Origin: a virus | Taxonomy: Duplodnaviria > Caudoviricetes | Reading direction: 5' to 3' (one strand) | Length of the DNA: 64,000 nucleotides | Virus record (IMG/VR): IMGVR_UViG_2821731843_000002 | Shown: positions 27,101 through 36,044 of the stretch, piece by piece | Numbering within the stretch: position 1 is the stretch's first letter | How the letters are laid out: each line of letters starts with the position of its first letter | The notes under the pieces: model-generated | What the model saw: the letters and a program-made list of their open reading frames with translations, nothing else | Databases searched by the model: none | Told to the model about the DNA's origin: nothing | Made by a program: the position numbers and the translations under genes

Positions 27101-28166
27101 AGCGAAACCCCTGTACTGCTCGGAAATGCCCGCCTAAGCGACCTTTGATGCCGCTGGACTTGGCGGATGATTTTTGGCCGAGATTGGCTGAGGTTTGTGC
27201 CCAAAGCGGTTGCGCCCTGAGCGCCGTGGCAAGGCCGGGATGGGACGTGTGGAACAGGGTGGGCAAGGGGCGTTGATAGCGGTTCACACCGCGCCGCCAC
27301 AAGGCGCACAGCTCATTTAGGAACCGCAGCCCCAGCCCTGCTCCTTGCCATTCGGGCATGATAACAAGGCGGCAGGCGCGGGCCTCAACCAGCCCCGGTC
27401 TAGGGCTGAAACAGATATGCGCCACGGGTTCGTTGTCGACAAAGCCGACGTAGTAATCAGCGGCCACCATGCGGGGCAGCTTCAGGTAGTGATGCGGCTC
27501 AAACAGGGGCCAGTAGGAACCATCGGTTTTGTGAATGTCCATTGTGAGGCGCGGGGGCCGTCGAAGACGCCTCCATTTGAATTCGGCGCTACGGGTATCA
27601 ATGACCCAATCGGGCTGCAGCCATTGCACAACGTCGTCGTGGCAAGTGACGCCGACAAACTGACCTCCGGTGCGCCGCCAGGCCTTGGCAAATGCCGCCG
27701 CGCCAATCCGGGCCACGCGGCGATCAATTGTCGATGTGAACTCGTCCACAACGGCCAGCTTTGGCTTGTCACACAGCAGGCGGGCGAGGTTGGCGCGGAA
27801 CTGTTCGCCGTTGGATAACAGCCCATGCGGGCGCAGCCAGCTCGGGACCGATCCGAGCCCAACGGCGGCCAGGGCAGCCGTGACACTGTCCATTTCAGCG
27901 TCTGGGGCAATGGCCTCTATAATGGCCTGGTCTATGGGCCACTTTGGGTCGCGGGTGATAGCCTTGCCAAAGAGCGCGCGCCCGAGTGAGGTTTTTCCGG
28001 TACCAGACGGCCCAACAATGAGGCCGACGCCCCAAGGCTGTGCGTTTAAATCGGCTTCAACGGTCAATTTAAAGTCGGCGTCGCCTTCGACATTGAACAT
28101 GCTGGAGACCCGCGCGGCACGGTAGGTTTCAGGAATGGGCGATTTGTGGTGGATCTCGACCTTCAT
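27090..28166 (-). CDS. ABC-type ATPase fused to GNAT-fold transferase
   Basis: Walker A GPSGTGKT, LSNGE signature, VVDEF Walker B, H-loop TCH; then PHHYL and RLVIMPEWQGAGLG acyl-CoA motif. Confidence 0.85.
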   Translation of the reverse strand: MKVEIHHKSPIPETYRAARVSSMFNVEGDADFKLTVEADLNAQPWGVGLIVGPSGTGKTSLGRALFGKAITRDPKWPIDQAIIEAIAPDAEMDSVTAALAAVGLGSVPSWLRPHGLLSNGEQFRANLARLLCDKPKLAVVDEFTSTIDRRVARIGAAAFAKAWRRTGGQFVGVTCHDDVVQWLQPDWVIDTRSAEFKWRRLRRPPRLTMDIHKTDGSYWPLFEPHHYLKLPRMVAADYYVGFVDNEPVAHICFSPRPGLVEARACRLVIMPEWQGAGLGLRFLNELCALWRRGVNRYQRPLPTLFHTSHPGLATALRAQPLWAQTSANLGQKSSAKSSGIKGRLGGHFRAVQGFRYVE

Positions 28167-28345
28167 GTGTTCACCACCTTGCAGCGGTGCCCGTGGCCGG
28201 TCAGCTGTTCAAATAGGGATTTCTGCGCCGGTTCGTCCTGGACCAGGACAATGACGCCGAACTGCTGTTTATAGCGGTTCCCCTTGGGTATTCCGTGGGT
28301 TCCCGGCGGTAGCGGGGGCAGGTTGATTTCTTCGGATTTGGCCAC
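28163..28345 (-). CDS. 60-aa protein starting (GTG) inside com
   Basis: AAGGAAGG RBS 5 nt before GTG 28345 (alternative ATG 28363); stop coupled to ABC-GNAT start. Confidence 0.6.
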   Translation of the reverse strand: MAKSEEINLPPLPPGTHGIPKGNRYKQQFGVIVLVQDEPAQKSLFEQLTGHGHRCKVVNT

Positions 28346-28517
28346 TGGAGCCTTCCTTTCCATCGCGCTCCTGGCGCTTGGATAAAGGGCTCTGTTGTGG
28401 CCTCAAATGATTGTGTGCCTTGCATCTTGGGCACTTGATGTTGAGCGCGCCGTTTAGGGCATCACTCTCTATTTTAAATAGCAGTCGGGCACATTGGCCG
28501 CAACGCTGGTCTTGCAT
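28269..28517 (-). CDS. com: Com-like zinc-finger translational regulator
   Basis: RCGQCARLL...IKCPRCKAHN Cys4 finger; located after tail fibre as in Mu. Confidence 0.8.
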   Translation of the reverse strand: MQDQRCGQCARLLFKIESDALNGALNIKCPRCKAHNHLRPQQSPLSKRQERDGKEGSSGQIRRNQPAPATAGNPRNTQGEPL

Positions 28518-28665
28518 GGACAAGTGGAATCACCTCAGAAAGGCCACACCCTCGCGAGGGGTGGGAGCGGCCATGAGGAAATGCTGGTCGGCGGGGTTTA
28601 GTGTGAATATTAGTCCCCGTGTTAAGGAGTGTTACAGCACCCCTTAGCCTCCCTGTAAGGAGGCG

Positions 28666-30288
28666 TTACGACGCCGCCATCAGGAAGCACATCAGCTCGG
28701 CGTAGCGCAGGCCCAGGCGATCTCCGTTGGGCTCCTCGACCGCGTATTCCTCGGCGACGATCTCCATGACCGGAATGCGGTGTGTGCCGATTTTGGTGCC
28801 GTCTTCGTCAACCAGTGGAATGTCAGCCATGACACCCTGTTTGACTGTTTTGGACACCAGCGTTTGAACTGCGACCCCGTCCACAACTTCAACTTCCATG
28901 ACGTCAGATGTGATCGTCTCAGTCACTTGCCGCTCAACTTCGCGGGTCTTGGTGACGGTCTTGGTAACAGGTGTGCGGGTGAACAGGCTGTAGCGGCCTA
29001 CGTCCAGCCCCTCGGCGTCAAATGCTGCTTCGACGTCCTGGGCGATAAAGCCGCAGTGCAGCCGGGCGGCGTTCTCGCCCTTGGCCTCGACCGCATCAAT
29101 CCACTGATAGATACGAGTGCCTGCCATGAGCGAAGCAGCCACCCGTTTTTCCGCATCGTTCAACACCCGAATACCGTGTTTCAGGCGCTCATCAGAGGAC
29201 TGAATTGCCGTGTTGGTGGCATAGAAATCATCCCAGCGGAAGGACGCCGTGCCCAGGCTTTGAGCGTCATCTGTACCGGGGTGAATATGACCGTCGTACC
29301 TGATCCGCAGCCTTTCCACCGGGTCAGCGGCAGAGGACGTAAAGAACGACATTCCGACCTGTGTAGACCCATCCTGAACAGATCGAATAGAGGCATCCCG
29401 CGACCCGACACCGTTGCGGCTGGGATCAAGTGAAAGCTGCACAACGCCGTCGCTGGAGTGCCTGCGCAGTGCCAAATGCGCGGCACTGTCGCTCTTAACG
29501 GTGACGGCTGAACCAGCAATTGGCGCAACGCCGACGCCCAGCCCATCGGAGGTCAACTTTAGACCCTCGACCCCTTCTACCCGCCAACTATGGCTGGTCG
29601 CACCAAGAGCCCCCAGTCTCATCTCATAATCGATTGAGACACTCGCTCCGGCATCATCCCGTGTGGCCATTCGGAACACATCGGTCCAACGAAGAAAGCG
29701 AGTGCGTTGGTGGCTCGCCGGGTCGTCACTATTGCTGAGGTCCATAACGGGTGAAGGACCAACCACGTTGACAGCAGAAAACGACGCTACAGCCGGTGTC
29801 GCTTGCCCAATCGGGGTATCTTCCAATGCAAGCATTTCTGCCCGGTCAGTGAACAGCTTGATGATATCCGTGCCACCGGCGACCAAGGCCCAGTTGTTGT
29901 CGCCGATGCGGCGCGCGCCGCTGTCCAGGTCCGCAAGGAACCGCCAGCCTGGTGCGCCCAAAGTGCCATCTGGGAACTTACCCTGGCCCGCGCCGTCGTA
30001 GATCGACTGGTAATTGGTGATCAGCGATTGGACCGACGCCACCAGGGCAATGTCCAGGCTGTTGGTGGGAAAGATCGCATAGGCCTGCGGCGAGGCTGTT
30101 GCCCCCTGATAAGCAGTGCCCAGTGTGAGGGAGGCGGCATCCGTAATGCTCTCGATTTCATAGAGCCGGCCATCGGGGCCGACAAAACCCCAGCCGTTTT
30201 GCAATGCACCAAACCAGCCGGTGCCGGTCCCGGTGACAAGGGTTGCGCCGTTGGTGACGCTGACAGTGCCGGTGCTGTACCATGACAT
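28666..30288 (-). CDS. Tail fibre/spike with C-terminal S74 intramolecular chaperone
   Basis: WYSTGTVSVTNG N-terminus; SDERLK, HCGFIAQDV, LRYAELMCF chaperone motifs. Confidence 0.85.
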   Translation of the reverse strand: MSWYSTGTVSVTNGATLVTGTGTGWFGALQNGWGFVGPDGRLYEIESITDAASLTLGTAYQGATASPQAYAIFPTNSLDIALVASVQSLITNYQSIYDGAGQGKFPDGTLGAPGWRFLADLDSGARRIGDNNWALVAGGTDIIKLFTDRAEMLALEDTPIGQATPAVASFSAVNVVGPSPVMDLSNSDDPASHQRTRFLRWTDVFRMATRDDAGASVSIDYEMRLGALGATSHSWRVEGVEGLKLTSDGLGVGVAPIAGSAVTVKSDSAAHLALRRHSSDGVVQLSLDPSRNGVGSRDASIRSVQDGSTQVGMSFFTSSAADPVERLRIRYDGHIHPGTDDAQSLGTASFRWDDFYATNTAIQSSDERLKHGIRVLNDAEKRVAASLMAGTRIYQWIDAVEAKGENAARLHCGFIAQDVEAAFDAEGLDVGRYSLFTRTPVTKTVTKTREVERQVTETITSDVMEVEVVDGVAVQTLVSKTVKQGVMADIPLVDEDGTKIGTHRIPVMEIVAEEYAVEEPNGDRLGLRYAELMCFLMAAS

Positions 30289-30300
30289 AATTTGTATCCC

Positions 30301-33300
30301 CTATGTGACTTGGAAAACCGTCCACTCGACGGTTGGATTGTTTAAATAAACGCCGCCCTGAGTGTCGAGCTGGATGCGCATAAAGACCCGTTGATCGGTG
30401 CCGCTGGACCAATGTGGCTTGACCAGATTTGCCGGATCGCGCTGCCAGACCAGATTGGGTTGGGTGTTCGGGTAGCCGAACCAGCGCGCGCCGGGCTGCA
30501 GGCTGGCGTTCAAGCTCCAGAAGCTGTTGTAAGGATCAAGCCCACTGGGGCCATTGCCGCCTGAATTTATGGCCGCGACGACAACCAGGGCCGCAGTGCT
30601 GGCCTGCCATACATCGTCGCGGCCAACCTTGATGCCGGTGTTCACAAAGTTCCAAACATAGCCGTTGCTATGGGTGCCGGAGGCGGTGAAAGACCCCTGC
30701 GCCAGCACCATTTGCCGAGAAACGACAATCCCGGCCGCCTTCAATAGACCGTTTACAAAATCCAGTTTTAGACCACTTGTGGGAATGCCGTTGCTGTCCT
30801 CGGAATAGCCGTCGCTTACGATCTGATCAGCGATTTGCAAACGGCCCACTTTGCCCCGGCCAATATGGACATTCGGCATGTGAACGCCTGCGGGCAGCAG
30901 CACTCCGTCCACTTCGGTGTCCTCGGTATAGACCACAAATGGGGCCAAACGATTGCCGCCCCCTGGTCCAACAATGGCGAACATGTCAGAGACAAAGGCC
31001 ACCTCGGTTGAAGGCACCCCGGCGGCGTCCAACTCTGAGCGTAAAGTCATGCCACTGACCACGCCGTTGTTGTCAATTCGCAGTGTATATTCTGCCTGGA
31101 CGCCGTCGATAGCGGACGTCACTTCAGCGATAGAGGCCGTGTGCTGGCCCTGCGTGGTTGTAAGTTCAGTCAGGGCCGTGGCCTGGCTGGACACTGCGCC
31201 CTCAGTCGTCGCAACACGGGTGGTAATCTGCTGCAGGGCGCTGGCCTGACCGTCGAGGCCCGACTCTGCATCTTCCAACCGGGAATTCAGGCCCAACGCA
31301 TAGGTCGACAGGGCGTCCACCAAGGCTTCCGTTGCGGTGACACGCGATGTGACGGCCAACAGCGCGTCGGCACTGGCCGAGATGCTTCCTTGCGTGGCAG
31401 TCACATCAAGCTGCAACTGGTGCACGGCGCGCGCGGTGCCGCTGGCGCTGTCCACGGCCACCCGGTTCAGCTCGACAATAGCGCTGTCGGCCTCGCCAGC
31501 CTGTACCTGCAAAGTCGAGATTGACGCGGCGAGGGCAGCGGCTTCACTGCTGCGCACAGAGGTTTCCGTCTCAATCAGGGCTGTGTTGCCATCAATCGCT
31601 GCACCCAGTGTTGTCACGATTTCAGCCGTGGCAACGCGGCCCTCAGTGACCAGGGCGCGCATGTCCTGGCTGGCGTAGGCAATATCCTGACGCCAAATTT
31701 CCCGGTTTTCATATTGCTGCAGTAACAAGGCCAGAGTCGCGGCATTCCCGGCCTCAGCCGCTTCCATCAGGGCACGGGTATCCGCCACTGTCTGGGTGAT
31801 CTGCGGCCCGTTCAGGGTTTCAATAGTGACCTCTGCCGACTGCAGGCGCGAGGCCACACCATCAAACTCGGCTGTGTCGACCTTAAGTTCGATTGCAGCG
31901 TTGGCCGCATCGATCTGCACCCAGGCACTGGAAAGGCTGACCGTCAGGCCATCCACGGTGACCTGATCGGCCTTGAGCGCAATTGCGGCTTCAGCGGCGT
32001 CCAGATCAATCATGACCTGATTAACCTGGACTTGCAGCGCTGCGACCAAGGGGATTTGGGTGGGGTCCAGCAGGGCATCCGTCACCACTTGATCGACATA
32101 GGCCTGACTGGCGGAAAGGTTGATATTGGCCTCGGCGGCATTCAGGCGGATCTCGACTTCGTTGATCAGGTTTTCAGCGGCTGAGACGCCGTAAATGCTG
32201 ACCAGACCTGTTTCGGGATCGGTGATAATGCCAGCGTCGGCAAAGGTGCTTTGAACCTGCGACAGGCGTTCGGTGGCCCAGAGGATCTGACCGTTGATCA
32301 CGCCCAAAGCCTGCGCCACAGACCGCTGCTCGATGTCGCGCAATTCCAATTGAGTATCGACGCGCTGGATCTCGCTTTCCAGCGGTGTAATGCGCGCGGC
32401 AATCAGCGCGTTGTCCAGGTTGGCGGCGGCTTCGTTTGCGTCGTCGGTTACGGCCTGCCAGAACTCTGGAGAGAGCGCGTCCGGACCTAATCGCACGTCT
32501 GGTGTGGTGACAGGCAGCCAGGTGGTCCAGTCGGTGTTGCGCTCATTGGAAATGGCCTTGGCCCGCACCTCATAGGGCCGGTTGGCCAGGGTTTCCAGAT
32601 TGAATTCCAGCGCAGAGATATCCGACGTGCTGGCAGAGAGCCGCTCGTCTGTGCCGCCAACAATCCGAGCCTGAAAGGCCAGGGCAGAGGTTGTGCCCTC
32701 AAGACCGGCAAGCCAGGTCGCCCGGATTGCCACCCCACGGTCATTGCCGTTTTCGTCCTTCAGGCGGATGCCAGCGACGGCAAATCCGGGCACTCCGGCG
32801 TCCGGGACCTGCGGCGATCCGGTGACCTGGGGCAGGTCGGGCAGCTCAAACTCCGGATCAGATGCAAAATCATCTGGGTCCGTTTCCTGCAGACTGACTG
32901 CGACATTCAAGGTCCGCAGATCATAGACCACTTCGGTGATTTTGAAGGTCTTCAAGTCATAGCTGTTTGCCTCATTAGAGAGGCGGATTGTCTGAAGGGG
33001 CTGCAGGTGGAAAAAGTCAGGTGGTAGGGAAAACCGGTGACGGCGGAACCGGCGATTGTCGAGCAGCAGGCTATTGCCAATCTGGCGACATTGTTCAGCC
33101 GACGACACCATAGGCAGACGCAACTCAAACAACCGTTGGCGACCATCCTCAATGACCCAATCGTCCTTTATGATGATGTCGAGGGGATCTGCGTTCCATA
33201 GGGCATTGGGGGAGGGATGGGTGATTGTGACCGCGTTAAAGGTCGTCTCAGCACCGGGGAAGGGTTTGTATTGCTCGGGCTCAGAGACCAGAATGTCGGT

Positions 33301-34380
33301 GTCGTCAATGTCCACGGTTGGCGCAGCAGACCCGGCAACAAGAGGATACCAATAACCACCGAGCTCGTAGATCTCAGCATTGGCAGAGGAAAACAGCTCT
33401 TCCAGGAAGTCGGCCGGCTCTTCTTCAAACCGGACTTCAAAGCCCCCTTCAAAGCGCGGTCTTTGATTTGTTCCGATAGGTGCGTCGCAGGTGTCCATAG
33501 CAAGGGTCCACCAGTCCAGTGGCAAATCCTCAGCAGGGAGACCTCCGCCCCAGGTGCTGCCACAGGGCAGGGCAATTCCGCGAAACACATTGTAGCCGAT
33601 CACCATCAGATTGCGGGTCGGCTCCCATGTGGTGGGATCAGTCCAGAGCTGTGCCCCTGTGCCACCCGCCGTGGCATCTTTGCGCGGGTCATAAAGGGCA
33701 GGTCCATCAAGCTCAAACCGCACGTCTGGTCGCCCATTGGGGAACATGCGGTCAAGCCGGTCAAAGGTCAAAATGGCATGGGGGACGCCAGTCAAAATAT
33801 GGTTGTCGGTCCAGGGGCGCTCCTCAATCAGACCAAACTTGTCGACCAGATAAGGGTCCGCCGCCAGATGGGAGCCATTTATGAACCGGACCCAGCCCCG
33901 GTCGTTTCCGGCCCCGTCATTCTTGGAGACAAGCGGATAGCCAAAATCCGCGTGTGCGGTGTCGCCCAGGTCCGAGTATTCGCCATCAATGATAACCCGG
34001 CTCAAAGAGACGCCGGGCAGGTCGCCCACTGCAATCACAAAACACAAGTAGCGGAAATTGCCGCCATGGCTGCCCTGGTATTCCAGGTGCCCGGAGGTCG
34101 CATAGTGGCCCAGTATGGTGCCTTGCGGGTCGGTGCCGCCTGAGGTCGTGAATGTGGTTTGCAGGCCGGGTTCGCGTTGCTTGCGCTGCTGCAGCTTGGC
34201 GACCAGCATCGAAATTCCGGCTTTGACCAATGAGCGAAGCGCAAGAGAGGCCAGGGCCTTGACCGTTAAAGCGGCTTTGAAGGCTGCTCCCAGGGACGCC
34301 AAAACGGCGGCAATGGGGGCGGCGTCAGCAGGCTGAGTCAGTGCCAGCCAAAGGGCAAGGGCTGTTAAGAACAGGTTCAT
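30301..34380 (-). CDS. Central tail fibre/host specificity protein (lambda J-like)
   Basis: 1359 aa; LYDPRKD motif, FN3-like segment, long coiled coil, GLKLDFVNG. Confidence 0.85.
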   Translation of the reverse strand: MNLFLTALALWLALTQPADAAPIAAVLASLGAAFKAALTVKALASLALRSLVKAGISMLVAKLQQRKQREPGLQTTFTTSGGTDPQGTILGHYATSGHLEYQGSHGGNFRYLCFVIAVGDLPGVSLSRVIIDGEYSDLGDTAHADFGYPLVSKNDGAGNDRGWVRFINGSHLAADPYLVDKFGLIEERPWTDNHILTGVPHAILTFDRLDRMFPNGRPDVRFELDGPALYDPRKDATAGGTGAQLWTDPTTWEPTRNLMVIGYNVFRGIALPCGSTWGGGLPAEDLPLDWWTLAMDTCDAPIGTNQRPRFEGGFEVRFEEEPADFLEELFSSANAEIYELGGYWYPLVAGSAAPTVDIDDTDILVSEPEQYKPFPGAETTFNAVTITHPSPNALWNADPLDIIIKDDWVIEDGRQRLFELRLPMVSSAEQCRQIGNSLLLDNRRFRRHRFSLPPDFFHLQPLQTIRLSNEANSYDLKTFKITEVVYDLRTLNVAVSLQETDPDDFASDPEFELPDLPQVTGSPQVPDAGVPGFAVAGIRLKDENGNDRGVAIRATWLAGLEGTTSALAFQARIVGGTDERLSASTSDISALEFNLETLANRPYEVRAKAISNERNTDWTTWLPVTTPDVRLGPDALSPEFWQAVTDDANEAAANLDNALIAARITPLESEIQRVDTQLELRDIEQRSVAQALGVINGQILWATERLSQVQSTFADAGIITDPETGLVSIYGVSAAENLINEVEIRLNAAEANINLSASQAYVDQVVTDALLDPTQIPLVAALQVQVNQVMIDLDAAEAAIALKADQVTVDGLTVSLSSAWVQIDAANAAIELKVDTAEFDGVASRLQSAEVTIETLNGPQITQTVADTRALMEAAEAGNAATLALLLQQYENREIWRQDIAYASQDMRALVTEGRVATAEIVTTLGAAIDGNTALIETETSVRSSEAAALAASISTLQVQAGEADSAIVELNRVAVDSASGTARAVHQLQLDVTATQGSISASADALLAVTSRVTATEALVDALSTYALGLNSRLEDAESGLDGQASALQQITTRVATTEGAVSSQATALTELTTTQGQHTASIAEVTSAIDGVQAEYTLRIDNNGVVSGMTLRSELDAAGVPSTEVAFVSDMFAIVGPGGGNRLAPFVVYTEDTEVDGVLLPAGVHMPNVHIGRGKVGRLQIADQIVSDGYSEDSNGIPTSGLKLDFVNGLLKAAGIVVSRQMVLAQGSFTASGTHSNGYVWNFVNTGIKVGRDDVWQASTAALVVVAAINSGGNGPSGLDPYNSFWSLNASLQPGARWFGYPNTQPNLVWQRDPANLVKPHWSSGTDQRVFMRIQLDTQGGVYLNNPTVEWTVFQVT

Positions 34381-34793
34381 GGGCGAAACACCCTGACGGC
34401 GCGGGCCAGATGGACGTAATCCAATCGACGCGGGGTTAATACGTGGATTTGCGGCCCGCCAATAATGCCAAATGCGTCGTGGCCGTCTTCAGACAGCACA
34501 GCAATGTCACCAGGAGCGGACAGCGCCCAGCCGTCCACTTCAATCAGGTGGGACGCCGCCAAATCCCCCAGGCTGGCGTGGCCATGGTCTGCCAGCAAAG
34601 CGCGGCCCTGATCAAAACTCTGGTAACGCCCACGCCAGTTGGTGCTGGGGTCAGAACCGGTCAGGGCATTGACCCAACCCGCTGCAAACAGGGCACAGTC
34701 AAAATTCCCGGCAAAGCGACCGGCGCTCAGGCGCGGGTAGCTGGCGCGCACATTGGCCAGATAGTCATAAAGAGCTTTTGAGCGATCCATCAT
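34377..34793 (-). CDS. NlpC/P60-like tail tip protein
   Basis: FDCALFAAGWV and PGDIAV motifs; start coupled to upstream stop. Confidence 0.7.
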   Translation of the reverse strand: MMDRSKALYDYLANVRASYPRLSAGRFAGNFDCALFAAGWVNALTGSDPSTNWRGRYQSFDQGRALLADHGHASLGDLAASHLIEVDGWALSAPGDIAVLSEDGHDAFGIIGGPQIHVLTPRRLDYVHLARAVRVFRP

Positions 34794-35389
34794 CACCCGC
34801 CCCACCGGACAGGCCATTCACCAGCCGTAGTGCTGTATTCGCGGCCCAGGTCCGCCGGATCTCGGCGTTGCAACTCAGAGCTGGACCGCTTCAGGGGCAG
34901 GCCCAAAGTCAGATTGCGGGCAGAGGACACCAGAACCAATTGCAGGAAATTCTCGCCGCCTTTGCGGGCAATCTCTTCGGGGGCTTCGTTCAAAAAGCCT
35001 TTGAACATGCGGATGGGTTCACCAAGCTGATTGCCGGTGTCGATATCCATCGGGCAGGAATGGATCTCAACACTGGCCAGGCGCGGATCATATTGGCGGA
35101 CCAGGGCCTGCACTTCGTCTGTCAGGGGGGGCAGCTTGATCCGGGTTTGGCGGACTTGGAACCCAAGGCTGGCGGTGATCGGTGGAACATCAATCACGTT
35201 GCCTGCGCCGTAATATGTGCGCACTTCGCCGCCCACCAAAAAGATCTGGTGATCGTCACCGGTCCAAAACCCCAGGCTTTCTGGCGCGCCGGTGTCTCGG
35301 TTCTTGGCAACAATCCACAACAGCACCTGGCCGTCGGTGCCCCGGCGTTCGGCAAGCTGATTTTGGGTTGGGGTGGGGACTATGGGCAT
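34793..35389 (-). CDS. Tail tip/baseplate hub-associated protein
   Basis: LGFWTGDD and YYGAG motifs; position between distal tail and NlpC-like genes. Confidence 0.65.
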   Translation of the reverse strand: MPIVPTPTQNQLAERRGTDGQVLLWIVAKNRDTGAPESLGFWTGDDHQIFLVGGEVRTYYGAGNVIDVPPITASLGFQVRQTRIKLPPLTDEVQALVRQYDPRLASVEIHSCPMDIDTGNQLGEPIRMFKGFLNEAPEEIARKGGENFLQLVLVSSARNLTLGLPLKRSSSELQRRDPADLGREYSTTAGEWPVRWGG

Positions 35390-35393
35390 AGAT

Positions 35394-36044
35394 CTACCTC
35401 AGGGTCTGGGTCCAGTTAATGACCCCGCCTTCACTGACAATGGACCGGCTGGCACCGTATTCGGCTTCCAGAATTTTTGCCCTGAGAACCGGATCGCCCA
35501 GCGTGACCGCAGCCCCCGCCTCTGCACCAGGGCGGATGAAGGGGATCACCTCAATATTGCTGATGGTTCCGGCCAGATTGGCGATTGCGTCGGAGACGAC
35601 ACGGTGCACTGCGTAGCGGGTTGGGTTTGATCCGTAGGTGAAGCCAAGCAAGTCGCCCTGCGAGACCTTATAGAGCGCCGGTGCGCCGGTCAGGCTGAAC
35701 TCGCGGTTGTTGGTGTTTAGGTCGGAAATCGTCGGAGTGGCCGCGCCAAGGCCGCTTTTATCGGGGTCGGCAATAGGGCCTGGCAGCCTGATATCACGCA
35801 GCAAAAACGACGCGCCGGGTTCCTCCAGGAGGGCAATGCGGGCTTCAATCGCGGCCCAGACGCTGTGATAGTCCTTATCCAAGACAATCTGGCCCTGCCA
35901 CAGCCGGGCCCCGCGTTTGTTGGCAATGACGTCGCCACCGCCAGTTTCAGATTGGGTCTGAGCACGGGCCAGTCGAAAGGTCACCTTGGCGACCGGCAGC
36001 GTGTCCAGAAATTGAGAGGTTGTCAGGGGCCATTGCAATGCCAT
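35394..36044 (-). CDS. Distal tail protein candidate
   Basis: Immediately after tape measure. Confidence 0.65.
   Translation of the reverse strand: MALQWPLTTSQFLDTLPVAKVTFRLARAQTQSETGGGDVIANKRGARLWQGQIVLDKDYHSVWAAIEARIALLEEPGASFLLRDIRLPGPIADPDKSGLGAATPTISDLNTNNREFSLTGAPALYKVSQGDLLGFTYGSNPTRYAVHRVVSDAIANLAGTISNIEVIPFIRPGAEAGAAVTLGDPVLRAKILEAEYGASRSIVSEGGVINWTQTLR

Noticed and set aside
27090-28166. ABC transporter subunit
   Set aside because: No permease or binding-protein genes; the ATPase is fused to a GNAT domain in a phage late operon
28647-28664. Rho-independent terminators at GC hairpins 28647-28664 and ~41144-41168
   Set aside because: Stems are present but have no U-tract in the transcribed (minus) direction
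28520-30300. Mu-type invertible G segment and gin invertase
   Set aside because: Only one tail fibre gene, no serine invertase and no flanking inverted gix repeats seen
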